From: an uncultured Chloroflexia bacterium
GTDB taxonomy: Bacteria > Chloroflexota > Anaerolineae > CG2-30-64-16
Direction: 5' to 3'
Length of the DNA: 64,000 nt
Assembly: GCA_963774265.1 (NCBI GenBank)
Contig: CAVZDU010000002.1
Coordinates: 224,001 to 288,000 of the forward strand
The translations under genes were made by a program, and so were the position numbers. This document shows positions 22,118 to 33,063 of the stretch, one piece after another. The first letter of the stretch is position 1, and every line of letters starts with the position of its first letter. The notes under the pieces were generated by a model, which did not search any database, was not told the DNA's origin, and saw nothing but the letters and a program-made list of their open reading frames with translations.

Positions 22118-22858
22118 TCACTTCCGCCATGCGATATGTTCTCCGCCATCTACCTCGATCACGGTCCCAGTGATGAAGCTTGCCTGCACCAGAAAAAGAA
22201 CCGCCTCAGCGACATCCTGTGGACTGCCCCATCGGCCCAGCAAGGTGCGAGCCGCGGCGGCCTGCATCTGCTTCTCGGTGTAGCCCGGCGGGGGTAGGAC
22301 CGGTCCGGGTGCGACGGCGTTCACGCGCACCGCGGGTGCAAGTTCCATCGCCATCCCATATGTTAAGTTCAACAACCCCGCCTTGCCTACCGAATGCGCA
22401 GTCAGGTTCGGGAACGGCACAAAGGCCGACAAATCGACGATGTTGACGATGGCGCCATCCCCGTGTGCGGCCAGGTGCGGCGCGGCCGAGTGGCTGGTGA
22501 ACGCCGAACCCTTGAGGAGAATGTCCGTCACCTGATCCCACTCTTCCTCTTTGAGTTCTGCGAATTTTGTGCGCTTCCAAAGAGACGCGCTGTTCACGAG
22601 CACATCCAGCCGGCCGAAGTGTGCGACCGTTGCGTCTACAAGTCTGCGGCACGCGGCCACGCTCCCCGCGTCTGCCTGCTGTGCCAGAGCATGCCGGCCC
22701 AAGAGCTCCAGCTCCTGCTGCGTTTCCCTAGCCGCGTCCGCCGATGAGTGATAGCTGAAAGCGATATCCGCACCCGCGCGCGCCAACGTCAGTGCGATCG
22801 CCTTACCCACACGCACCGCACCGCCGGTCACGAGTGCCACTTTGCCGTGCAGTTCCAT
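22118..22858 (-). CDS. Short-chain dehydrogenase/reductase, pteridine reductase (FolM/PTR1)-like
   Basis: TGGAVRVGKA, LVNSAS, IVNIVD and VRVNAVAPG. Confidence 0.85.
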   Translation of the reverse strand: MELHGKVALVTGGAVRVGKAIALTLARAGADIAFSYHSSADAARETQQELELLGRHALAQQADAGSVAACRRLVDATVAHFGRLDVLVNSASLWKRTKFAELKEEEWDQVTDILLKGSAFTSHSAAPHLAAHGDGAIVNIVDLSAFVPFPNLTAHSVGKAGLLNLTYGMAMELAPAVRVNAVAPGPVLPPPGYTEKQMQAAAARTLLGRWGSPQDVAEAVLFLVQASFITGTVIEVDGGEHIAWRK

Positions 22859-22976
22859 AATGCGTAACCTCCAGCGTCAGATGTTACATCTAATCCGCCT
22901 AATCCCCTAACAACCCAGCCCCTCTCATCGAAGGCGTTCGCCGATAGCGGCTTTTTGTTATTTTACACATGTGTAT

Positions 22977-23015
22977 TTGCATATATTCGATGGCTGTGGT
23001 AGACTCAAGTTGAGT
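22977..23015 (+). promoter_or_regulatory. Sigma70-type promoter of the suf operon with a candidate operator palindrome
   Basis: TTGCAT-17 nt-TAGACT with an extended TG. Palindrome ACTCAA-G-TTGAGT (23003-23015) overlaps the -10/+1 region; TACACATGTGTA (22964-22975) lies just upstream. Confidence 0.55.
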
Positions 23016-23048
23016 TTGAAACGTATTGACGAGTGAAGGAAGAAAAGG

Positions 23049-23678
23049 ATGATCCAAAGGCAGTTGACCGGCAGCCCCGCGGGTGAAGTGCTCATGCTGT
23101 TGCAGCGCAAGGGCGCGGCCACCGTTAAGGACCTGGAAGTGGCAATGGACGTCACCGCGACCGCGGTGCGCCAACAACTGATGGCGCTCTTAGCCGAGGG
23201 TTTTATTGAGCAGCGCATCGAGAATATCGGCCGTGGGCGGCCCAAACACGTCTACTCGCTGACGACAAAGGGCCGCGCGCTCTTTCCACATCACTACGAT
23301 GAATTCACAAACTCCCTGCTGCGGGAAATCCTGCTCGTCGAGGGTCCGGGCAAAGTGGAGGAACTGCTGGCGCGTATGGGGAAGCGGATGGCGGAACAAT
23401 ATGCACAGCATATCGCCTCATCATTGCCGCATGAGCGTGCGCAAGCTCTGACGGAAATGCTAAACGCCAAGGGCATCCTGACAGAGCTATTCATAGAGCC
23501 GGATAGCATCGTGTTTCGCGAGTACACCTGTCCATATTACGAGTTAGCGCGCGAGCATCGCGCCATCTGTGATATGGAACAGGGCATGATCGAGCAGGTG
23601 ATGAACCAGCCGGTGGAACTGGTGTCTTGCACGCTGGATGGGCACCATGGGTGCCAGTTCAAAACTGAGTCCAAATAA
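23049..23678 (+). CDS. sufR: SufR-like iron-sulfur cluster transcriptional regulator (wHTH)
   Basis: HTH with TAVRQQL, GRGRPKHVYSLT, and C-terminal Cys residues CPY...ICDME...SC...GC; first gene of the suf operon. Confidence 0.8.
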   Translation: MIQRQLTGSPAGEVLMLLQRKGAATVKDLEVAMDVTATAVRQQLMALLAEGFIEQRIENIGRGRPKHVYSLTTKGRALFPHHYDEFTNSLLREILLVEGPGKVEELLARMGKRMAEQYAQHIASSLPHERAQALTEMLNAKGILTELFIEPDSIVFREYTCPYYELAREHRAICDMEQGMIEQVMNQPVELVSCTLDGHHGCQFKTESK

Positions 23679-23708
23679 CAATTCAACCCTAATGAGGAGC
23701 TGTGGTCC

Positions 23709-24542
23709 ATGTCTTCTGAGCTAGTGATCAAAGATCTGTTTGTGAATGTCGATGGAAAGCCGATTTTGCTGGGCGTCAACCTAACCATCCGCCAGGGCGA
23801 AGTACACGCGCTGATGGGGCCAAACGGCTCGGGCAAGAGCACCCTGGCTTACACCATCGCAGGGCATCCGCACTATGAGGTCGTCTCTGGCGATATTCTG
23901 CTGGATGGGCGGAGCATCCTCGATATGGGGGCGGATCAGCGCGCGAAGGTGGGATTGTTCCTGGCGTTCCAGTACCCGACCGCCATCCCGGGCGTCAGCA
24001 TGGCGAACTTCTTGCGTCAGGCAGTCAGTGCTGTCCGAGGGTACACCGAAAAGGCCAAGCAGCAGGTTGTCGACGGCGGCAGCGCAAAGCCGATTGGCTC
24101 TGAGTTGATGCCGATGCGAGAATTCCGCAAAGAATTGACCGAGAAGATGGATAAGCTCCACATCGACTCTGCGTTTGCGCGGCGCTACCTGAACGACGGC
24201 TTTTCGGGTGGCGAAAAGAAGCGTGCTGAGATCCTGCAGATGGCGATGCTCGACCCCAAGATCGCAGTGCTCGACGAGACGGACTCGGGCCTGGACATCG
24301 ACGCACTGCGCGTCGTGTCCGAGGGCGTGAACAGCTTGCTGGGGGAGACACTGGGCGTACTTCTCATCACGCACTACCAGCGCCTACTCGACTATATCAA
24401 GCCGCAGTTCGTGCACGTTTTCTACAACGGCCGCATCGTTATGTCCGGCGGTCCGGATCTAGCCCCGGAACTCGAAGCGAGAGGTTATCAGTGGATTCGC
24501 GAGGAATTCGGCGAGCCGCTGCCTGGGGTGGAATTGGCGTAA
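23709..24542 (+). CDS. sufC: Fe-S cluster assembly ATPase
   Basis: [36 protein letters not shown] and ITHYQRLL. Confidence 0.96.
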   Translation: MSSELVIKDLFVNVDGKPILLGVNLTIRQGEVHALMGPNGSGKSTLAYTIAGHPHYEVVSGDILLDGRSILDMGADQRAKVGLFLAFQYPTAIPGVSMANFLRQAVSAVRGYTEKAKQQVVDGGSAKPIGSELMPMREFRKELTEKMDKLHIDSAFARRYLNDGFSGGEKKRAEILQMAMLDPKIAVLDETDSGLDIDALRVVSEGVNSLLGETLGVLLITHYQRLLDYIKPQFVHVFYNGRIVMSGGPDLAPELEARGYQWIREEFGEPLPGVELA

Positions 24543-24560
24543 CGATTCAAGGAGTGCATT

Positions 24561-25979
24561 ATGTCTGCGATGGAATCCGATCAGAACATTCTAGCGGACC
24601 TGAAGTCCGAATATCAATACGGGTGGAGCCAACCTGAGAAATACGTCTTCAAGGCTCGAAAAGGCCTGGACCACGAGATCGTCGATCAGATCAGCGTCAT
24701 GAAGCGCGAGCCGGAATGGATGCGCAAGCTGCGTCATGAGGCACTGGACATTTTCTTGTCCAAACCGATCCCGACGTGGGGAGCCGATCTGAGCGGCATC
24801 GATTTCCAGGACATTTACTACTACATTAAGCCGACAGAGGCGCAAGGCAAGAGCTGGGATGATGTGCCTGCGGACATCAAAGAGACGTTCGACAAGCTTG
24901 GCATCCCTGAAGCTGAGCGCAAGTTCCTGGCCGGCGTTGGTGCACAATACGAGTCCGAGGCGATCTACCACTCGCTCAAGGAGGAGTGGGAGAAGCTGGG
25001 CGTCATCTTCATGGACTCTGACAGCGGATTGCGCGAGCACGAGGACATCTACAAGGAATACTTCGGCACGGTAGTGCCGTCAACCGACAATGTTTTCGCG
25101 GCCCTGAACACTGCGTTTTGGTCGGGGGGCTCCTTCGTCTACGTGCCGAAGGGCGTGCACCTGGATATCCCACTGCAGGCGTATTTCCGTATCAATGCCC
25201 AGAGCATGGGCCAGTTCGAGCGCACGCTGATCATCGTCGATGAGGGCGCGACGGTCCATTATGTTGAAGGCTGCACCGCGCCGACTTACTCCGAGGACTC
25301 GCTGCACTCAGGTGTGATCGAGATCATCGTCCGCAAGAATGCTCGTTGCCGCTACACGACTATTCAGAACTGGTCGACCAACGTGTACAACCTGGTCACC
25401 CAGCGCACGTTAGTGTCCGAGGGCGGCACGATGGAGTGGGTGGATGCGAACCTGGGGTCGAAGGTCACGATGAAGTATCCATCGGTCTACATGATGGGAC
25501 CGGGCGCAAAGGGACAAATCCTCTCAATGGCATTTGCCGGGCCGGGACAACACCTCGACACAGGCGGCAAGTTGATTCACGCTGCGCCGAATACGTCCAG
25601 CCAGTTGATTTCCAAATCGATCAGCAAGGGCGGCGGACGCGCGTGCTACCGCGGCTTGCTCAAGGTTGCCAAGGGCGCGGTCGGCTCGAAGTCCAATGTG
25701 GTGTGTGACGCGCTACTGCTCGACGCCAAGAGCCGCTCGGACACCTATCCGTACATCGAGATCGACGAAGAGGACGTCACCGTCGGCCACGAGGCGTCGG
25801 TCAGCAAGATCGGCGAGGAGCAGCTTTTCTATCTGATGAGCCGCGGCCTGGGTGAGGACGAAGCCAGCGCCATGATCGTCTCCGGGTTCATCGAGCCAAT
25901 GGTGAAGGAACTGCCGATGGAATACGCCGTTGAACTAAACCGCTTGATCCAGCTCCAGATGGAAGGCTCGATCGGTTGA
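24561..25979 (+). CDS. sufB: Fe-S cluster assembly protein
   Basis: [24 protein letters not shown] and [24 protein letters not shown]. Confidence 0.97.
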   Translation: MSAMESDQNILADLKSEYQYGWSQPEKYVFKARKGLDHEIVDQISVMKREPEWMRKLRHEALDIFLSKPIPTWGADLSGIDFQDIYYYIKPTEAQGKSWDDVPADIKETFDKLGIPEAERKFLAGVGAQYESEAIYHSLKEEWEKLGVIFMDSDSGLREHEDIYKEYFGTVVPSTDNVFAALNTAFWSGGSFVYVPKGVHLDIPLQAYFRINAQSMGQFERTLIIVDEGATVHYVEGCTAPTYSEDSLHSGVIEIIVRKNARCRYTTIQNWSTNVYNLVTQRTLVSEGGTMEWVDANLGSKVTMKYPSVYMMGPGAKGQILSMAFAGPGQHLDTGGKLIHAAPNTSSQLISKSISKGGGRACYRGLLKVAKGAVGSKSNVVCDALLLDAKSRSDTYPYIEIDEEDVTVGHEASVSKIGEEQLFYLMSRGLGEDEASAMIVSGFIEPMVKELPMEYAVELNRLIQLQMEGSIG

Positions 25980-25996
25980 GGCCAAAGGAAAGACTG

Positions 25997-27304
25997 ATGA
26001 CGACACAAACCCAAGTGATTGAAAATATTTCCCAGGCCTCGGTCGAGGCTCTTTCATCCGTGCGGCAGGAGCCCGACTGGGTGCTTGATCTACGTCTAAA
26101 GGCGTGGCGCTTCTTCCAGGAGATGCCGTGGCCCACAGGCACGGAGGAGACGTGGCGGCGCACCAAGCTGACCGGCTTCAAGGTGGAAGACTACACGCCG
26201 CTGGTGGGCGCAGGCGCCGGCGGAAGTCTGCCCGAGGACGTTGCCAAGAGCCTCGCGGAGGTGGAGAGCGTCGGCGAGTTGGCATTTGTCGACGGCGCCC
26301 GTGCTCACTACCGGCTCGATCCAAAACTTGCGGCTCAGGGAGTGATCTTCACTGACTTGGGAACCGCGGTGCGCGAACATGCTGACCTGGTGCAGAAGTT
26401 CTTCGGCGCGACGGCGCCCGAGGGCGAGAACAAATTCTGCGCGCTTCACTATGCGCTTTGGAATTCGGGAACATTCGTCTATGTGCCGCGCAATGTTGTC
26501 GTGGAACAACCACTCCAGGTGGTGATCGGCCAGGGTGAAGGCAAGAAGGCGGGGTTCCACCACACGATCGTAGCAACTGAGCCGAACGCGGTGGTGACAC
26601 TGGTTGAGGACTTCATCGGCGGCGAAAACGGCATGAGCGATTCCGTGGTCGAGCTGCTGTCGGGTGCAAACAGTCAACTGCACTACCTGCACCTGCAGAA
26701 CCTGGCGGATAGCACCTGGAACTTCACAACCCAACGCATGAAGTTGGGCCGCGACAGTCTGATGCGGCACTTCATGGGCTCGTGGGGCAGTCGACTGAGC
26801 AAAGCATGGTTGAATATGGACCTGGACAGCCCGGGCGGCCATGGCGAATTGTTGGGGCTTTACTTCCCCGGCGGCCGGCAGCACCTGGACCATCACACAA
26901 ATCAATTGCACAAAGCACCTAACACCACCAGTGATCTGCTCTACAAGGGTGCGCTGAAGGACCGATCGCGCTCGGTTTACCAGGGTTACATTAAAGTCTA
27001 TCCTGACGCGCAGAAGACCAATGCGTACCAGGCGAACCGCAACCTGATGCTGAGCAAAACCGCACGTGCGGACAGCACTCCCGGTCTCGAGATTGAAGCA
27101 GATGACGTGCGCTGCACCCACGGCGCGACAGCCGGCCAGGTGCCCGCAGAATACGTCTTCTACCTGATGTCTCGCGGTATCGATCGCACCAATGCTGAGC
27201 GAATGATCGTCCAAGGCTTCTTTGAGGAGGTCCTGAACCGCATTCCTGTGGCTGGTGTGCGAAATAAGCTCGAAACCGAGATCGCGCGCAAGCTGGGATT
27301 GTAA
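25997..27304 (+). CDS. sufD: Fe-S cluster assembly protein
   Basis: EETWRRT, PGLEIEADDVRCTHGAT and FYLMSRGI. Confidence 0.93.
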   Translation: MTTQTQVIENISQASVEALSSVRQEPDWVLDLRLKAWRFFQEMPWPTGTEETWRRTKLTGFKVEDYTPLVGAGAGGSLPEDVAKSLAEVESVGELAFVDGARAHYRLDPKLAAQGVIFTDLGTAVREHADLVQKFFGATAPEGENKFCALHYALWNSGTFVYVPRNVVVEQPLQVVIGQGEGKKAGFHHTIVATEPNAVVTLVEDFIGGENGMSDSVVELLSGANSQLHYLHLQNLADSTWNFTTQRMKLGRDSLMRHFMGSWGSRLSKAWLNMDLDSPGGHGELLGLYFPGGRQHLDHHTNQLHKAPNTTSDLLYKGALKDRSRSVYQGYIKVYPDAQKTNAYQANRNLMLSKTARADSTPGLEIEADDVRCTHGATAGQVPAEYVFYLMSRGIDRTNAERMIVQGFFEEVLNRIPVAGVRNKLETEIARKLGL

Positions 27305-27329
27305 ATAGGGTGCGGACTTGGAGGCACAC

Positions 27330-28181
27330 ATGAATCAGGGTTATGCGTTTCCAGAGAAACTAGTTTCCACGCAATGGGTGGCGGAGCATCTGACCGATCC
27401 CCGCATACGGATTGTGGAGTCAAATGAGGACATCTTGCTCTACAGCCGCGGCCATATTCCGGGTGCAGTGCATATCGATTGGGTTGCAGACCTGAATGAT
27501 CCGATTACACGTGACTATCTGAACAAGATTCGGTTTGAGCAACTCATGTCGAGGCACGGCATCGGCAATGACACACTGGTTGTGTTCTATGGCGACAAGA
27601 GCAACTGGTGGGCGTGTTATGCCCTGTGGATATTTGAGTTGTTCGGCCATACCAAATCGGCTGTCATGGATGGCGGGCGGCTCAAGTGGGAGCAAGAGGG
27701 TCGCTCAATGACAAGGGATGTGCCGGCTTACGAGCCCACCGCCTATCACGCGCCCGAACGCGACGACAGCCAAATTCGCGCATTCCGGGATGATGTGCTG
27801 CAACATGTGAAGGCCGGCCTGCCTCTGGTGGACGTCCGCAGCCCGGGCGAGTATACTGGCAAGCTGTACCATATGGAGGGCTACCCACAGGAAGGCGCGA
27901 TGCGTGCCGGTCATATCAAGGGCGCGGTCAACGTACCCTGGGCCAGGGCCGCCAGCCTTTCAGACGGCACCTTCAAGCCGGCGGACGAGCTGCACTCACT
28001 GTACCAAGTCGAGCAGGGTCTGAAGCCGACCGATAACGTCATTGCGTACTGCCGAATCGGCGAGCGGTCGAGCCATACCTGGTTCGTGCTCAAGTATTTG
28101 TTGGGGTACAACCAGGTCCGGAACTACGACGGCAGCTGGACTGAATGGGGCAATTTGGTCGGCGTCCCCATTGAGCGTTAG
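27330..28181 (+). CDS. Tandem-domain thiosulfate sulfurtransferase (rhodanese, SseA/CysA type)
   Basis: [15 protein letters not shown], active-site loop YCRIGERS and [10 protein letters not shown]. Confidence 0.93.
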   Translation: MNQGYAFPEKLVSTQWVAEHLTDPRIRIVESNEDILLYSRGHIPGAVHIDWVADLNDPITRDYLNKIRFEQLMSRHGIGNDTLVVFYGDKSNWWACYALWIFELFGHTKSAVMDGGRLKWEQEGRSMTRDVPAYEPTAYHAPERDDSQIRAFRDDVLQHVKAGLPLVDVRSPGEYTGKLYHMEGYPQEGAMRAGHIKGAVNVPWARAASLSDGTFKPADELHSLYQVEQGLKPTDNVIAYCRIGERSSHTWFVLKYLLGYNQVRNYDGSWTEWGNLVGVPIER

Positions 28182-28216
28182 TTCGTGCCTTTATGTTAGA
28201 ATCGGAGACTGCCAGC

Positions 28217-28606
28217 ATGGATCGACAACAGCAAATCGATTTCATCCTGGATCACTACGAGAGCCCGCGCCACTACGGGGCGATTGACGATGCCACGGTT
28301 GTCCAGAAGGGCGGCAATCCGGGGTGTGGCGACGTCGTCGCGTTTTACCTGAAACTGGGCGAGGATGGCCAGATCGAGGACATCTCGTTCGAAGGTGAAG
28401 GCTGCACCATCAGCCAGGCCGCTTCCTCCATAGTGACGGAGATGTTATTTGGGAAGACACTCCGGGATGTGGAGAACACGCCGCCTGATGTGATCCTGGA
28501 CCTGCTGGGCCGCGAGCTGGCTGCGACGAGACTCAAGTGCGCTCTGCTCGGGCTGAACACAGCAAAGGAAGCGGTGCGCGCGGCGCGCCGAGGTCGTGCG
28601 GAATAG
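28217..28606 (+). CDS. sufU: SufU/IscU-like scaffold or sulfur-transfer protein, copy 1
   Basis: [28 protein letters not shown] and RLKCALL. Confidence 0.85.
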   Translation: MDRQQQIDFILDHYESPRHYGAIDDATVVQKGGNPGCGDVVAFYLKLGEDGQIEDISFEGEGCTISQAASSIVTEMLFGKTLRDVENTPPDVILDLLGRELAATRLKCALLGLNTAKEAVRAARRGRAE

Positions 28607-28616
28607 GGACGGACAT

Positions 28617-29868
28617 ATGGTAACGCAGAATATGGCGACATCGATAGCTCTCGACGTGCAGCGCATCCGCGCCGACTTCCCTATCCTGCAGCGCCAGGTT
28701 AAGGGCAAGCCGCTGGTCTACCTGGACAACGCGGCCAGCTCCCAGAAGCCGGTGCAAGTGCTCGACGCAATGGACCGCTATTACCGCGAGACCCATGCGA
28801 ATGTCCACCGCGGCGTCCACACCTTGAGCGAAGAGGCGACGGCACAGTTCGAGGGTGCGCGGGTAAAGGTGTCCAACTTCATCGGCGCATGCTGCGCCAA
28901 AGAAATCATCTGGACACGCAACGCGACCGAGGCGATCAATCTGGTTGCCTATAGCTGGGGCCGCGCGAATCTGTAAACAGGGCGATCGGGTGCTGCTCAC
29001 TGAGATGGAACATCACGCGAACCTGGTGCCGTGGCAGATTCTGGCTGCAGAAAAAGGTTGCGAACTGGATTTCGTGCGCGTGGCCGATAACGGCACACTG
29101 ATTCTGGATGAGCTCCCCAAGCTGCTGACTCCGCGCACCAAGCTGTTTGGCTTCACCGCCGTGTCCAATGTACTGGGCACACTCAATCCGATCAAGGAAC
29201 TGACCGATGCGGCTCACAAAGTGGGCGCGTTGGTACTGCTGGACGCGTGCCAGAGCGTGCCACACATGCCGGTCGACGTGCAGGCGCTTGATGTTGACTT
29301 CGCCGCGTTCTCGGGGCATAAAATGCTCGGGCCGACGGGCAGCGGTGCGCTGTGGGGCCGCCGCGAGATTCTTAACGCCATGCCGCCTTTCATGGGCGGG
29401 GGCGACATGATCCGCGAAGTCAAGCTGCGCCAATCGAAGTGGAATGAACTGCCTTGGAAGTTCGAGGCGGGCACTCCGGCGATTGCCGAGGCCATTGGCC
29501 TGGGCGCAGCGGTCGATTACCTGTCAGCACTCGGCATGGAAAACGTGTATGCGGCCGAACATGAGCTTGTTACCTATGCTATGGAGCAGATGCAGGACAT
29601 CGAGGGGCTGAAAATGCTCGGTCCGAGAAACGGGCGCGCGGGCCTGGTGAGCTTCGTGTTGGGCAACGTGCACCCGCACGACATTGCGGCCGCACTCGAC
29701 AGCCTGGGGATCGCCATCCGCGCAGGCCATCACTGCGCACAGCCGTTACACGAACGTTTCGGCGTACCGGCCACGGCCCGCGCCAGCTTCTACGTTTACA
29801 ATACCCGCGAGGAGGTCGATGTCCTCGTGCGCGGCCTACGGAAGGTCGTAGAGTACTTTAGTTTTTGA
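28617..29868 (+). CDS. sufS: Cysteine desulfurase; frameshift ~28974
   Basis: [44 protein letters not shown] and RAGHHCAQP. Removing one T at aatctgTaaacag joins the two frames. Confidence 0.92.
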
Positions 29869-29877
29869 GAGCCAGCC

Positions 29878-30258
29878 ATGGACCTATATGCAGAAGAAAT
29901 TCTTGATCACTACAAGCATCCGCGTCACTTCGGCCATCTCGATGAGCCGACGATGGTCTATCACGACCGCAATCCCTTGTGCGGCGATGAAATCACCCTC
30001 GAACTCAAGATCGAGGATGGTAAGGTGGCGGACATGGCCTTCACCGGACATGGCTGCGCGATCAGCCGCGCTGCCGCGTCGATGATGTCGGAAGAGATCA
30101 TCGGCAAGTCCCTCGAAGAGCTGAAGAGTTATGACAAAGAGAGCATACTCGACTTACTGGGGATCGAAGTTGGTCCGGTGCGGATCAAGTGCGCGTTGCT
30201 GCCGCTGAAGGCGATGAAGGCCGCAGTGTGGGGGCTGGCCGCTGAGGGCGAGGAGTAG
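29878..30258 (+). CDS. sufU: SufU/IscU-like protein, copy 2
   Basis: ILDHYKHPRHFG, NPLCGDEI, GCAISRAAAS and RIKCALLP. Confidence 0.9.
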   Translation: MDLYAEEILDHYKHPRHFGHLDEPTMVYHDRNPLCGDEITLELKIEDGKVADMAFTGHGCAISRAAASMMSEEIIGKSLEELKSYDKESILDLLGIEVGPVRIKCALLPLKAMKAAVWGLAAEGEE

Positions 30259-30262
30259 GCCT

Positions 30263-30572
30263 GTGGCAAAGTGGGTGAGGGTCGGCCGAGCAGACGAGGT
30301 CTGTCCTGGAGAAAAAGATCTATGAAGTCGATGGCGTCATGCTGGTTGTCGTCAACCTGGATGGCGAGTATTTCTGCGTCGAAGATGTATGCACGCATGA
30401 CGGCGGACCCCTGGGAGAGGGCGACCTGGACGATGGGCAACTGGTGTGCCCGCGTCACGGAGCGCGCTTTGATGTGCGTACGGGCGGCGCGTTAACCCTG
30501 CCTGCTTTCGAGCCGGTCGCGACGTACCAGGTTAAGGTGCAGGACGGCGACCTGCTGATCGAGTCGTACTGA
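30263..30572 (+). CDS. Rieske-type [2Fe-2S] ferredoxin; frameshift in an A-run ~30312
   Basis: GTG start reading AKWVRVGRADEVCPGEK, then IYEVDG...CTHDGGPL...CPRHGARFD. Confidence 0.88.
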
Positions 30573-30586
30573 ACGGAGTGAAAGAG

Positions 30587-30901
30587 ATGGCGGCACCGAC
30601 CGATAATGATGTACGCGAAGTCATTCGAAAGAACGTTTTCGATCCCGAAATCGGATTGAATATCGTTGACCTTGGGCTGATTTACGACGTGAAGGTGCCG
30701 GGAGGCAAAACGGTCGACGTAGAGATGACGCTCACCTCTCCCGGCTGCCCTGTTGGGCCGCAGATCATTGCGGGCGTGCAGAGCTATGTCCACAAGGCGT
30801 ATCCGGACCTCGATGCGATCAACGTGCATGTAGTGTGGAGCCCACTGTGGAATCCGGATATGATGACGCAGGAAGCCAAGGACCAACTAGGCTTCTTCTA
30901 G
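30587..30901 (+). CDS. sufT: DUF59 / SufT-like Fe-S maturation protein
   Basis: DPEIGLNIVDLGLIY, MTLTSPGCP and VWSPLW. Confidence 0.88.
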   Translation: MAAPTDNDVREVIRKNVFDPEIGLNIVDLGLIYDVKVPGGKTVDVEMTLTSPGCPVGPQIIAGVQSYVHKAYPDLDAINVHVVWSPLWNPDMMTQEAKDQLGFF

Positions 30902-30915
30902 TTGCCAGGGAAAGC

Positions 30916-31701
30916 ATGTCACAACTGTATCTGGGCACGCAGGGTTGGAGCTACTCGTCATGGGTGGGGTCATTCTATCCGTCCGGGACCTCTACCAGCG
31001 CATATCTCCCGGAGTACGCCAGGTCCTTCAATACGGTTGAGCTGGACACGACTTTCTATGCCGTGCCAAGGCAAAGTACAATAGCCGGCTGGCGAGAACG
31101 TACGCCAGCCGGCTTTCGCTTTGCGGCGAAATTCCCGAAGACGATCACGCACGAGAAAGCACTCCACGATGCTGGACTTGAGGCGAAGGTCTTCGTAGAG
31201 GCCATGGCTGGTCTGGACGAGAAGCTCGGCCCTCTGCTTCTGCAGATGCCGCCCCAGTGGACCGCTTCGGGCATGGGTGATCTGAAGCAGTTTCTCCTCG
31301 ACCTGCCATCCGGTTTTTGCTATGCTCTCGAGGTGCGACACAAGTCGTGGCTGGTCAGAGGCACATTCGATGAGCTCACGGATCTCTTGAGGGGCCGCGG
31401 CGTGGCGTTGTGCCTGGTGCAGCACGCCTGGATGCCGCCTTTGGACACTATGACCGCTTCCTTCGCCTATATTCGCTGGTTGGGCCGGCGCGAGGACATC
31501 CCAGACGATGACTTCAGCCATGTTCGCATCAACCGAGATGTACAACTGGACCGTTGGGCAGAGCAAGTGCTGAGGTATGTCCGCGCCGGGCTTGTCGTGC
31601 ACGGCTATTTCAACAACCATTACCAGGGGCACTCGCCGGCATCAGTACGCGCGTTGCAGATGCGACTGGATGCGTTGAGTGCCCAGGATGCCCCAACATA
31701 A
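30916..31701 (+). CDS. DUF72 family protein
   Basis: GTQGWSY, VELDTTFY, FAAKFPKTITH, LLQMPP, EVRH and YFNNHYQG. Confidence 0.92.
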   Translation: MSQLYLGTQGWSYSSWVGSFYPSGTSTSAYLPEYARSFNTVELDTTFYAVPRQSTIAGWRERTPAGFRFAAKFPKTITHEKALHDAGLEAKVFVEAMAGLDEKLGPLLLQMPPQWTASGMGDLKQFLLDLPSGFCYALEVRHKSWLVRGTFDELTDLLRGRGVALCLVQHAWMPPLDTMTASFAYIRWLGRREDIPDDDFSHVRINRDVQLDRWAEQVLRYVRAGLVVHGYFNNHYQGHSPASVRALQMRLDALSAQDAPT

Positions 31702-31794
31702 AAACGGTGAGCGTTGCCCGATCAAGGTCTCTGTGCTAGACTACGTCTGAAACCTTCATTCAGAACGAATCGTGGTTGCGAGCATTGATCTTTC

Positions 31795-32970
31795 ATGGGT
31801 GATATATTCCGCGACAACCGTCGCCTGCTCCTCTTCATCATCGTCTCCAACTTTCTGCTCAACTTCGGTTTCCAGGTCTGGCAAACGCTGTTCAACAACT
31901 TCGCGGTCGAGCAGCTTGGCGCCGGACCGGCTTCGGTCGGCCTGATCCAGGCGGTGCGCGAAATCCCTGGCCTGCTGGGATTCGCCATCGCGTTTCTCAG
32001 CCTCATAATGTCGGAAGTCCGGCTCATGGCGCTGAGCATCGTTATGATGGGCATTGGCGTGTTGCTCACAGGACAGGCCAACAGTATTCCCACCCTCCTG
32101 GCAACCACATTCATCATGAGCCTCGGCTTTCACTTCTTCATGCCCAGCAGCAACGCCGTTGTTCTGATGATCATGAAAGAAGAGGACACACCCAAAACGC
32201 TGGGCAATCTGGGCAGCCTGGGCTCTCTCGCTTCGGTTGCGGGGACAGGAGCTGTGCTACTCCTGGCTGCACCAATGGGCTATCGCAACCTGTTCAGCGC
32301 GGTCGGAGCGGTGGTTATCCTGGGCGGGCTACTGCTCTTGCCATTTGGCAACCGGCAGACCCGCCTGCCGCTGGGTCGGAAGATTCGTTTGCGGCGGCGT
32401 TACTGGTTGTACTATTTGTTGTCATTCCTGCTGGGCAGCCGGCGCCACATCTTTACGACTTTCGCCGTGTTTCTGTTGGTGCGAGAGTATAATGTCAGCG
32501 TGCAAACCACGGCGATGCTGTTCCTGGTAAACAGCATCATCAACGTGCTCACCCTGCGGTGGACGGGCCAACTCGTCGGCAAGATCGGCGAGCGAACGGC
32601 CATGACGATTACTTTCAGCTCGCTCGCTCTGATCTTCATGGGCTACGCCACTATTAAGGTGCTGCCGTTACTGTTCGGGCTGTTCATCCTGGATAATATT
32701 TTCTTCGGATTCAACGTCTCCTTATCGTCGTATTTCCAGAAGATTGCAGTCTCACGCGAGGAAATTACCAGCAACCTATCAACGCAGCAAGCGATCGAGC
32801 ACCTGGCGGCCATCACTGTGCCGCTGATTGGTGGGACCGTATGGCAGGTCTACGGGGCGCAAGCCCCGTTCCTGTTTGGCGTGGTGATCGTCTTGCTGGG
32901 GCTGGTGTTCACACAGTTCATGCGAACAGGTCCGGCACCCCAACCGGGCGTTGTTGGTGGAGGCCACTGA
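31795..32970 (+). CDS. MFS transporter
   Basis: About 12 TM helices; REIPGLL and RRHIFTTFA. Confidence 0.85.
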   Translation: MGDIFRDNRRLLLFIIVSNFLLNFGFQVWQTLFNNFAVEQLGAGPASVGLIQAVREIPGLLGFAIAFLSLIMSEVRLMALSIVMMGIGVLLTGQANSIPTLLATTFIMSLGFHFFMPSSNAVVLMIMKEEDTPKTLGNLGSLGSLASVAGTGAVLLLAAPMGYRNLFSAVGAVVILGGLLLLPFGNRQTRLPLGRKIRLRRRYWLYYLLSFLLGSRRHIFTTFAVFLLVREYNVSVQTTAMLFLVNSIINVLTLRWTGQLVGKIGERTAMTITFSSLALIFMGYATIKVLPLLFGLFILDNIFFGFNVSLSSYFQKIAVSREEITSNLSTQQAIEHLAAITVPLIGGTVWQVYGAQAPFLFGVVIVLLGLVFTQFMRTGPAPQPGVVGGGH

Positions 32971-33063
32971 ACTGAGACTGACGCGGCTCATTGTTACTCG
33001 CCCCTCTTTGGTGCTAGAATCCCCTCGGTGATTGTAAACTCAACACAAAGGAGTGACTCACTC

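Noticed and set aside
28970-28980. In-frame TAA in sufS as possible stop read-through or recoding
   Set aside because: The protein continues in a different frame, and removing one T restores NLKQGD. It fits the window-wide single-insertion error pattern.
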